NCBI GenBank assembly: GCA_047514575.1
Contig: JAKZYH010000040.1
Location: 1 to 47,674 of the forward strand
Length of the DNA: 47,674 nt
Reading direction: 5' to 3'
DNA from: Acidobacteriota bacterium
Lineage (GTDB): Bacteria; Acidobacteriota; UBA6911; RPQK01; JAJDTT01
The notes below the pieces were generated by a model. It had not been told where the DNA came from, made no database searches, and saw only the letters and a program-made list of their open reading frames with translations. A program made the translations under genes and the position numbers. Positions 27,002 through 35,330 of the stretch are shown here, piece after piece; position 1 is the stretch's first letter; each line of letters begins with the position of its first letter.

Positions 27002-28410
27002 TTAGGCAGCGCCACGCAGGAGCCATCTTATGCCAGGTGCGTGGGCCCGAAGGGCGAAAACAAGTGCGACCGGGAGGACACCCGTTGTCGGCCTCTGGAG
27101 GGTGGCCACGATCATCGCAATCAAGAACAGCGCTGACAAGAAGGCTGAGGCTAGCAGACTCTCCCACGATGTCATCCCGCTACGGAAAACTCCGATCAGA
27201 CACAACAAACAAAGCGCGCCCCAAGCGGCGCCATAAAATACCCGCAGAGGAGTCTCGACTAGAATGAGCCGTCGATGGAACGAGGCCACATCCTTCATAC
27301 GGACACCATGCCTTGCAGCTTTTGAAATGTCAGACTCATTTGCACGGAAGCCAAAGAACTCTTTCATTTCTTCCCGCGCCAAGTCGACCCTTATGCGATC
27401 AAATTCGTTTAATCCCAAGAGCTCCTCTATCCTAGGCAAATAAAGCCCCCTTTGGAGGCACAATTTCAGCCCCGCCAACGCACGGGCCGCAAACGATCGG
27501 GGGTGCGTCGCAACCGCTCTGCGAAATCGTTCAGTAAATATCTCGTCGGCCACCAATGAAAAAGGACCATCGTCCGTAAACTCCCATGCTTCCGAGGCGG
27601 CGAAGCTGTCATTCGGAACGATCTTCCATGGGTTCTTCGGAAGAACTCCTAGCTGAAAGTAGAGAGCGGCACCACGATTCGTGGTGGCTAGCCGTGGGAC
27701 TCCGAGCACAAACGTAGTGTATACAACGTATGGTGCAGCAAAGGCAGCCACGACTCCTACAAAAGCAGCGGCCATCTTCAGCGCCCTGCGCCAGAGCCCA
27801 GTGGCAAGGCCTCTTACCAAGATGGCCACCGTCACAAGTACTGCCGTTGCAAGAGCCTCCGTACGAAAGTTGTAAGCCAGACCGAAAAAGAGTCCCGCTA
27901 TGGCACACTGTGTAAGTGGATGCTCCCGCTCTGGCAACCGGACCAGCACAACAAATCCGGAGACCATAAGCAGAGAGAGCATTGCCGAGCTGTTGTAACC
28001 CAGCGACAACCAGATCCACGGGAACAGAATCACCAGCACCACGGAAGTTGCAGCTACCCGCGCTAACCGCGTGTTCGCCTGAATCTGAGGAAGTGCCAGG
28101 TCGATGATCAGCGGTAGCAGTGCCGCCAAAAACAACATCTGGACGAATATCAAAGCGTCGCCCAGGATTGCAGCCAGGACGGGATATCCCCACATGGGAT
28201 AACCAGGTGTTGCGGGCAGCTGACTCAAAAGGAGATCTGCACCAAAACGAAGATCCCTCTCATAGAGGTTCGATTTTCCGAACCCAAAAAAAACGAAGCG
28301 GTGCCCGCAAGAGTGACCGCAAACGCTAGAATCGCGTTTCGTCGAGCTCCCGCTAAATGGGCCGAAAGAATGCGAATAGATCTGAAGAGTGCGCTCATTA
28401 AGCGGTTCAT
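27002..28410 (-). pseudogene. frame-broken multi-pass membrane protein (possible GT-C-type glycosyltransferase), split at an A8/T8 tract
   Basis: The 61-aa ORF 28225-28410 (one TM) and the 408-aa ORF 27002-28228 (TTG start in the track) overlap as TTGA. The downstream frame stays open upstream through the T8 run (28286-28293). One extra T would join them into about 469 aa. See findings. Confidence 0.55.
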
Positions 28411-28607
28411 TCAGCGGGCCTATGCGAAGCCGGCAAAGAAAACTGCCAGGCTTGTTTCGCCTTCCGAGGAAAGCAAAAACCTGGATCGGGCCAAAGCGAT
28501 TCTCAGAACGAGGCGAGGCTCAATGATGGACCAAGTCAATTGTTCGAGTCAATCAGAGTGCTGATGAGTGCTAGCAGGCGGAACCCCTGAGAGGGCGTTG
28601 TCGCGAG

Positions 28608-28616
28608 TGCTACAAT
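28608..28616 (+). promoter_or_regulatory. extended -10 element TGCTACAAT upstream of the O-antigen-ligase-like gene
   Basis: gagTGcTACAATaggg lies about 68 nt upstream of the ATG at 28684. It contains the same 11-mer TGCTACAATAG as at 17205-17215 on the minus strand. Confidence 0.3.
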
Positions 28617-28683
28617 AGGGCTCCGTGGAGTTCGGAAGTCTCTGAGAGGCGGATGCCGTATTTTCAAACGAAGGTGACAGGCC

Positions 28684-29982
28684 ATGAAGATTGCAGGAAT
28701 TCAGCCGACAGCTTTGCAGTATCTGCTTTTCCTCTACGTGTTCACCATACCCTTTGGCGGTGTGTGGCCTCATCTGATCGGGTCCGATCCCGCCTTGACA
28801 CCGGATCGGATTGCCGGAGGCTTACTTGCTGCATGTTTCTTTGCTCAGGTATCGGTTGGAAGGACGGCTCTTCATTTTGATCTCTACGACAAACTGCTCC
28901 TCTTTGTATTGGTGTTCCTTAACGTTGTGTGTCTTTCCCTGCAGCATTTTCTGTCGTCAATCGACTCGTTTGGACTACCTTTGTTCATTGCCCTGCTAGA
29001 GGCATTTTGTATAGTCACTTACCTGATTGCGAAAAACCTAAGCCTAACTCCCAGAACCGTAGAAGTGACATTGTGGGTCTTTGCAATCGCTGGTCTGGTC
29101 AACGCCCTGGAAATGGCTTCCAGCGTTCAGACTGCGAGCGCATTGGCGCGGTATTCTGGCTACTCCGACAGCTCCAACACGGCTGCACTATATGGAGGAT
29201 TTACCCTTCTCATTCTGCTAGGCAATCAGCTGAGCGGGACCGGGCCGCTTCTACTGCGTACCGCACTTTTGCCGGCCAGTATCCTTCTGGTGGGACTTGC
29301 ACTTTTCACAACGCAGTCTCGAACTGCGTTGATAGCGGTGGCCATTGCTATTCTCGTCATGGTGATCCTGAGTTGTGCCACGAAGCGGACGCGAACCACA
29401 ACCTTGCTCGTGGCAGTGCTATTTCCCACCCTTGGATTCCTTGTTGCCCCGGTCCTGGACCTGAATTGGCGGGACTTAACCTACCGTGTAAGGAGGTTGG
29501 ACTCCGATGACGAGCTGTCGTCAAGAGCCCTGTCGGGCCGAGAGGAGCTGTGGTCAGCCTATTACGCCATGGCGCGGGATGCGGGCTTCTTGGGAATTGG
29601 GCTTGCGCAGAGCTTTCCCAATTCCGAACGGTACCTCGCACAATCTCCTAACCGGTATTACGCGTTTGACAAAGCCGGAGTCCATAACGATTACTTGCTG
29701 CTGCTTGTCGAGACTGGGTTGCTGGGAATGACTCTCTATATTTCTTGCTTATTCTTTCTAACAGTAACCTTGCTGCGCAGGTATCGGAACTCTCAATTCC
29801 AGGGGATGTATCTTATTCTGATTTCAACGACTGTTTACCTGGCACTATCACAGGTGGCCCGTAATGCATTTTGCGATCCAGGTCTATGGCTGTTCTTGGC
29901 GTTGGCGACGCTAAGCTGCCGTAGTCGTTTTCAGACCGCTGGACAGATCCACGCCCAATTGATCGAAGCGCCGATGAAATAG
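28684..29982 (+). CDS. O-antigen ligase/polymerase-like protein (Wzy_C domain)
   Basis: It has more than 10 TM helices. The characteristic segment LALFTTQSRTALIAVAIAILV is followed by a periplasmic loop containing ..GIGL......H.HNDYL... Confidence 0.85.
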   Translation: MKIAGIQPTALQYLLFLYVFTIPFGGVWPHLIGSDPALTPDRIAGGLLAACFFAQVSVGRTALHFDLYDKLLLFVLVFLNVVCLSLQHFLSSIDSFGLPLFIALLEAFCIVTYLIAKNLSLTPRTVEVTLWVFAIAGLVNALEMASSVQTASALARYSGYSDSSNTAALYGGFTLLILLGNQLSGTGPLLLRTALLPASILLVGLALFTTQSRTALIAVAIAILVMVILSCATKRTRTTTLLVAVLFPTLGFLVAPVLDLNWRDLTYRVRRLDSDDELSSRALSGREELWSAYYAMARDAGFLGIGLAQSFPNSERYLAQSPNRYYAFDKAGVHNDYLLLLVETGLLGMTLYISCLFFLTVTLLRRYRNSQFQGMYLILISTTVYLALSQVARNAFCDPGLWLFLALATLSCRSRFQTAGQIHAQLIEAPMK

Positions 29983-30091
29983 GAGAAAGCCACGACAGAG
30001 GTCCCGACAACAAACCCGATTTCGAGACTCTACCGCACGGCACTTTACGTCTGTCTACGCTTCATACCTCCATGGCGCGATGAGAGTAGGG

Positions 30092-31084
30092 TTAACGCAT
30101 CAGTTCAAGATACGGACCAATGCTGGAGCGATCGAGATGGGAACCAAACTCTTTACTCTGGTAAAGTTCTCGATCATCAAAAAAGACAGTCGGAAAGAAC
30201 CTCTTCGCCACCGATGGCCAGAGGTGATTTTCATCCTGAAACAGGCGGGGATTTCGAGTTGTCTTGTTTAGCTCCGCACAGTTTCGGACCTCGCCGAACA
30301 CTTCAACCAGGGCCATAAGCCATCGCTCATACTGCGGCCGAAGACCCTTTTTCAACATCATTTCAAAAAGCTGCTCTGAAACAGGCGTGGTTGCAATAAT
30401 GAAGAGAGAACCAGGGCTCAGATCACGAATTGATCTCAGAATCGAAGTGTAGTCCCTATCCCAGGTATAGTTACCGTAGATTCGGTCGTAAGTACGCTTG
30501 TGAGGAAAGACCCAAGAATTTCGCGGTATCTCCCGATACGCCGAAGCACCGAAGAAACCCCGCAAGATCTTCTCAAGGGAGCGTTCCATCAAGTTGATCG
30601 AGAACAGAGATTTCAGCACGAAAGATGAGGAATGAGCATTATTGATATACGACCTTATTTCAGTACTACGGTCACCGAACAGGTACGAGCTCGAGCCAAG
30701 AAAATCGAGGGCAAGAATCACAGTTTCGGGGGGCCCGCAACGTTGTAGATACAGCTTGAGGTAGGGTCCGTATTCTCTGTGGACAAGATTCAGCGCGGAA
30801 AGATTGAGCACTCGATGGTGCAAGTACTCGAAATCGCCTAGAAGGATCGTGCGGCTTGAGCCGAAGAGGAGAGCGTTGTATCCACAACGAAAACTTCTGC
30901 TCACAAGCCGATTAGCGTTTTGCTGACGAGAATCAAAAAGATCCCTTGGGTCATGGCGGCAATCGAAAAAGAGATACGGATCGACATAAACATTAGTACC
31001 AACCACAGCGGCGGTCCCGAACATTGAGAGTAGGAAAACCACCTTTAGGTAGCCAAGGTGCGCTCGCGCGCGGTTGAGATCCAT
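30092..31084 (-). CDS. MBOAT-associated SGNH/DltD-like protein (putative O-acyl transfer partner)
   Basis: The ATG at 31084 is preceded by GAGGA with a 5-nt spacer, 25 nt after the MBOAT stop. It has an N-terminal TM anchor, then LLFGSSRT (candidate nucleophile Ser) and QDENH (a D-x-x-H motif) near the C-terminus. Confidence 0.6.
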   Translation of the reverse strand: MDLNRARAHLGYLKVVFLLSMFGTAAVVGTNVYVDPYLFFDCRHDPRDLFDSRQQNANRLVSRSFRCGYNALLFGSSRTILLGDFEYLHHRVLNLSALNLVHREYGPYLKLYLQRCGPPETVILALDFLGSSSYLFGDRSTEIRSYINNAHSSSFVLKSLFSINLMERSLEKILRGFFGASAYREIPRNSWVFPHKRTYDRIYGNYTWDRDYTSILRSIRDLSPGSLFIIATTPVSEQLFEMMLKKGLRPQYERWLMALVEVFGEVRNCAELNKTTRNPRLFQDENHLWPSVAKRFFPTVFFDDRELYQSKEFGSHLDRSSIGPYLELMR

Positions 31085-31108
31085 CCCATTCCTCACCAAG
31101 TCTTTGAA

Positions 31109-32701
31109 TTAGAACTGAAAATAGAGAAACTCCGTCACGTTATTGAGGTTAAGTAGGGTTACCACGACCAGCAAACCAACCGCAATCGCCCAAATGAAAT
31201 TAGGCCGCCAGCGCACACGGATGGGACTATCAGGAGACCGATCTCCGGGGTAGAGCTCGTAAACGGGATCAAACTTAACCATCAATTGCTGAGTATTGGG
31301 CAGCCAGAACACAATGCCTAGAAGAAGCATCAGGTGGACTAGTGCTGCGGTGTCACGCCAGGTTAGCTCTCCCTCCAACACAACGCCTGAGGACGTTAGA
31401 ATTGACTGGGCAAGCGCTTCAAACTGCTCCAGTACTTGTGCCGGGAAAATCGTCCCGAACACTTTCGTATAGCTTGCGGGAACGATGATTCCATGGACAC
31501 CAATCATTCCGTTGACAATCACCAGTGCGTCTTCCAGATCGTAGGCTCGGAAGAAGACCCAGGCAAAGGTAACTGCCAAGAAAGTGGTACCCCGGGCAAT
31601 AAACCGCCCGATAAATGTCGATCGCTGATCTGATCTGCCCAGCAGCTCTCTTACTCTGCGGAAAGCATGGTTACAGACCAGGTAGAATCCATGGAGACCA
31701 CCCCAGATTAGAAAGTTCCAGCCAGCACCGTGCCATAGGCCACCCAGCAACATTGTGATCATCAAATTCAGGTAACGCCGAAAGGAACCCTTGCGATTGC
31801 CCCCAAGCGGTAGGTACAGGTACTCACGCAAGAAGCGCGAAAGAGTCATGTGCCATCGACGCCAAAAGTCGACGATGTTTACGGCTTGGTAGGGTGAGTG
31901 GAAGTTCGAGGGAAGCAAGACTCCAAAGAGTCGGGCTCCACCAATTGCCATGTCCGCATACCCCGAGAAGTCGAAGTAAAGCTGCATACTGTAGAAAAGG
32001 ACACCTGACCAAGCTTCCATGAAGCTTACCGGGTAGCCTGCAGCGACAGTGTTAAATACAGGATTAACATAGCCCATAGCACCGTCTGCTAGAACCACCT
32101 TCTTGAACAGCCCGATGAAGAAGATCGTCAGTCCGACCGAAAAGCGTCGGACATTCGGGCGGGTGAGGGCTTCGTTTCTAAACTGAAGAAACATCTCCCT
32201 ATGGTGGACGATAGGCCCGGCGATAAGCTGGGGAAAAAAGGTCACGAATAGAATGTAATTCAGGGGATTCAGATCCGAGATTCTCCCCTTGAAGGCATCC
32301 ACGAGAAAGGCGATCTGCTGAAAGGTGAAAAACGAAATAGCCAGGGGCAAGACGATGCTCCCTGCGCTCCAGTCCGATCCGAAGAATGTATTGACGTTGG
32401 CTACGAAAAAGCCTGCATACTTGAAGTAGCCAAGCAGGCCAAGATTGGTTACGAGGCCAAAGACAAGGAGAGGAGAGCCAGTGTGCTTCCGTTCGACGAA
32501 GCGTCTGCCAACCAGGTAGTTGAACACCACCGAACCTAGAACGAGAAGAAGGTAGATCGGATTCCACCAGCCATAGAAAAAAAGCGATGCTGCTACCAGG
32601 ATGGCAATCGGAAAATTCCTGCTGATCCGGGCTGTGGAATAGTAGAGGCCAAGCGTAACGGGTAGGAAAAGAAAGATGAAGACGTAGGAGTTAAAAAGCA
32701 T
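31109..32701 (-). CDS. MBOAT-family membrane O-acyltransferase (AlgI/DltB-like)
   Basis: The start is MLFNSYVFIFLFLPV. The conserved segments FWRRWHMTLSRFLREYLY.PLGGNR and LLGGLWHGAGWNF (catalytic His region) are present. Confidence 0.9.
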   Translation of the reverse strand: MLFNSYVFIFLFLPVTLGLYYSTARISRNFPIAILVAASLFFYGWWNPIYLLLVLGSVVFNYLVGRRFVERKHTGSPLLVFGLVTNLGLLGYFKYAGFFVANVNTFFGSDWSAGSIVLPLAISFFTFQQIAFLVDAFKGRISDLNPLNYILFVTFFPQLIAGPIVHHREMFLQFRNEALTRPNVRRFSVGLTIFFIGLFKKVVLADGAMGYVNPVFNTVAAGYPVSFMEAWSGVLFYSMQLYFDFSGYADMAIGGARLFGVLLPSNFHSPYQAVNIVDFWRRWHMTLSRFLREYLYLPLGGNRKGSFRRYLNLMITMLLGGLWHGAGWNFLIWGGLHGFYLVCNHAFRRVRELLGRSDQRSTFIGRFIARGTTFLAVTFAWVFFRAYDLEDALVIVNGMIGVHGIIVPASYTKVFGTIFPAQVLEQFEALAQSILTSSGVVLEGELTWRDTAALVHLMLLLGIVFWLPNTQQLMVKFDPVYELYPGDRSPDSPIRVRWRPNFIWAIAVGLLVVVTLLNLNNVTEFLYFQF

Positions 32702-32925
32702 CGTCGGCTTGCAGTTAGGGGCCAGACTATGTCTTCAGAGCCCCAACACTATAGGGGAATGCCTTTTCTTCGAGAAGACCAAGCCAGGATTCTCGCTTGG
32801 GAGCACCCTAGCTATAGCTAAGCGAAGCACCAGACCCCTTCAAGCTGACATCGTATCAGCGAAAGACAGCTTCTCAGCTGTTAGAAGCAATTAGCGATCG
32901 TGAAGAACTGATGTTTATGGCGGGT

Positions 32926-33156
32926 TCAAGATAAACATCCGACGGCTTCTTGGTCAAGAAAAAGTTCAACATAGGCTCAGCCGATTTTGCCGAAGGCCGC
33001 CGAGGAAGGAATCTTGAGACCCTTGACCCAACGCAGAAAGGTGCACACTTCGCCCACCGACTGCAGCTTCGGAACGTAATCCTGCAAGAAGACTTGATCG
33101 ATGCAGCGGCACTTGAGTGTGACGTGATCCCGCAATAGACTGGCATAGTCAGTCAT
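32926..33156 (-). pseudogene. decayed N-terminal remnant of a conserved (possibly mobile-element-associated) gene
   Basis: The ATG at 33156 has a GGAGG SD. The ORF reads MTDYASLLRDHVTLKCRCIDQVFLQDYVPKLQSVGEVCTFLRWVKGLKIPSSAAFGKIG, then TGA (32977-32979). The same frame stays open for 16 more codons (AYVELFLDQEAVGCLS) before the next stop. No further coding follows. The family assignment is from memory only. Confidence 0.35.
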
Positions 33157-33553
33157 GACAACCTCCGGGGTTGTGGTTATCACCGAAGGTTGTCGCCGAC
33201 ACGACTAGAGGGCAATCCTCCAGGATCGCCCTCTCTACACTCTGCTTACTTCTTTCTCGGCGGTATGAGGTCGCTCGCTAGACACTAGATGATCGCCAAC
33301 AGTTAGAATAGCCGAGCGTTTGATTCTGTGGGACTGGGATCGAGATGAGGCCCTTCGTTTGAAAATGCTTCAAGCTCGACGCAATGAGCTCGGAAATCTC
33401 GGGGCAAACGAACCCGTTGGTCGGTTCAACAAACATCGAGGCAAGATGATTATGTGGCGAGGTGTTGAGAGGTGGAGGACGGCGCCACCGTTTGCGATCC
33501 GCTAGCAAGCGCGCGGTAGCTCAGCAGCTTCTTATCGATGGAGACACCTAATC

Positions 33554-34330
33554 TTGAAATTCGAAGCAAGATTGGCGGCCCACGCCCTTCTTGGGATCTC
33601 AGTCTTGACAGCAATTCTGTTTATCGATGACTGGCCTGCGCGACTGCATTGTAACGATTTCAAACTACGAGCGCTTAAGCCGCTGATGAGGCAGATTGAC
33701 TCGAGCGCTGATCCAGCCAACCATGCAAACAAATGGAATTTCGGTTGTGATCCGGGCGTGGACTGTTACCATGCCGACTACTTTTCGGGCAGAATTGCCT
33801 TGGCAGAGAAAAGTCTTGAAGAAGCCGAATCATTCCTTTCCAAGGAGATCGATCTGTCTTACCCTTTCCCTCAACTGTACCTCGGTTTACTCTACTTCGA
33901 CCAAGGCTTGAGGCGAAAGGCGGAAGAGGTCTGGATTGGAGTACCTTCGATATCGAGATATCTAATACGACTTGCCAAGAAGCTCTACTTCGCGGAAGAC
34001 CGTCGTCCTGAAGCTCGAATCCTCTGCGAGCTAGCTGTCAAAAGCGAGCCCGAGAATCACACTGCTCATTATTTTCTGGGAACCATACTGCTGCACAACG
34101 CAACTCAACCAGAGGATCTGCGGTTAAGTATTGAGCACTCGCAGCGTGGCGTTGCCGGAACGGTTAGAGACTTCTGGGCCTATTATAATATGGGCTTGGC
34201 TTACGAAAGATTGAACCAGTACGAGGACGCTCGCAAGTACTACACACAGGCCCTGACAATACTTCCCGGAGACACCAGTGCGGTAGTGAAGTTGAAGAGA
34301 ATCAGTGACTTAGATTCAAAGCCCAACTGA
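33554..34330 (+). CDS. TPR-repeat protein with N-terminal membrane anchor
   Basis: A TM segment HALLGISVLTAILFI is followed by TPR-like repeats (..YYNMGLAYERLNQYEDARKYYTQAL..). The only in-frame start is the TTG at 33554, which lies inside a 7-bp-stem hairpin (33550-33573). Confidence 0.65.
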   Translation: MKFEARLAAHALLGISVLTAILFIDDWPARLHCNDFKLRALKPLMRQIDSSADPANHANKWNFGCDPGVDCYHADYFSGRIALAEKSLEEAESFLSKEIDLSYPFPQLYLGLLYFDQGLRRKAEEVWIGVPSISRYLIRLAKKLYFAEDRRPEARILCELAVKSEPENHTAHYFLGTILLHNATQPEDLRLSIEHSQRGVAGTVRDFWAYYNMGLAYERLNQYEDARKYYTQALTILPGDTSAVVKLKRISDLDSKPN

Positions 34331-34360
34331 CTACAACCCGTCCTAGTCCGTAACTCCGTC

Positions 34361-35275
34361 GTGATTGGAATTGAGAGTGCTGTCAGCGAAGAAAAAGCGT
34401 TCAGAGGTTCAGCCTGGCCTGCCTTCGAAGACTACGCTGCATGGTTGTCTTCTCTTGCAAGTTTGAGGAGTGGCCGGCGACTCGATGGCGTACATGAGGG
34501 CAACAACGCACAGCCACTCGTTAGCGTGGTCACCCCCGTTTTGAATGGAGCAGACTTCATCGAGCGCGCCATACGGAGTGTGCTCACACAGACCCATGAA
34601 CAGAAGGAACACATCATTGTCGATGGGGGATCGACTGACAACACGCTCAGGATCATTCGAGACTACACTGACAGAATCGCTTGTTGGATAAGCGAGCCCG
34701 ACAGCGGCATCTACGATGCCATGAACAAGGGAATCGTGTTATCTCGGGGTAGATACATCAAACTGCTCAATGCCGATGACATGTTACCCCCTGATTCCAT
34801 TGCTAAGGCCGTTAGCGTCTTCGAAAGAGCGGGAGATACTATTTGCGTAAAGGGAAATGTGGAAACAGTTGATGATGCAGATCGATCAATCGAAATCGTC
34901 TCCAAAGGAACCCCACTTCATCAATCATGGTACGTGCCCAAGCGAGTCTATGAGAAAGCAGGACTCTACCGAACAGACTTCAAGGTGTCATCTGACTACG
35001 AATTTTTCCTGAGGACACAGAAAATGAAGATCGAGTTTGCCCATGTCGATGAGGTACTGATCAGGTTCCGATTGGGCGGGGCTTCCTCTGGATTCACCGG
35101 AGTCGGTGAGCGATTCCGAATCCAACGTGAGTATATGAATACAGCGTATGCCACCTATTTCGCCGTTGTTCGATTCTTGAGGAAGAGCCGAAGAAGGCTA
35201 CTTACAAGACTGTTGGGTGAGCATGGTCTGAACAACCTGAGGCGTAGACTCCGAAGCGGCAGGCAGGGCAGATGA
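34361..35275 (+). CDS. glycosyltransferase family 2
   Basis: Motifs are VSVVTPVLNGADFIERAIRSVL.QT, HIIVDGGSTDNT, SEPDSGIYDAMNKG and LNADD. Confidence 0.85.
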   Translation: MIGIESAVSEEKAFRGSAWPAFEDYAAWLSSLASLRSGRRLDGVHEGNNAQPLVSVVTPVLNGADFIERAIRSVLTQTHEQKEHIIVDGGSTDNTLRIIRDYTDRIACWISEPDSGIYDAMNKGIVLSRGRYIKLLNADDMLPPDSIAKAVSVFERAGDTICVKGNVETVDDADRSIEIVSKGTPLHQSWYVPKRVYEKAGLYRTDFKVSSDYEFFLRTQKMKIEFAHVDEVLIRFRLGGASSGFTGVGERFRIQREYMNTAYATYFAVVRFLRKSRRRLLTRLLGEHGLNNLRRRLRSGRQGR

Positions 35276-35330
35276 TTACGGCGACTCAGTACCGCACTTC
35301 ATAAATACGCTACTCAGAGTTCGCACAAGA

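Noticed and set aside
33509-33530. GCGCGGTAGCTCAGCAG, which resembles the 5' acceptor plus D-arm (TAGCTCAG) of a tRNA.
   Set aside because: The downstream sequence has no matching GAGC D-stem closure at a sensible distance, and no anticodon arm or T-arm. It is most likely coincidental.
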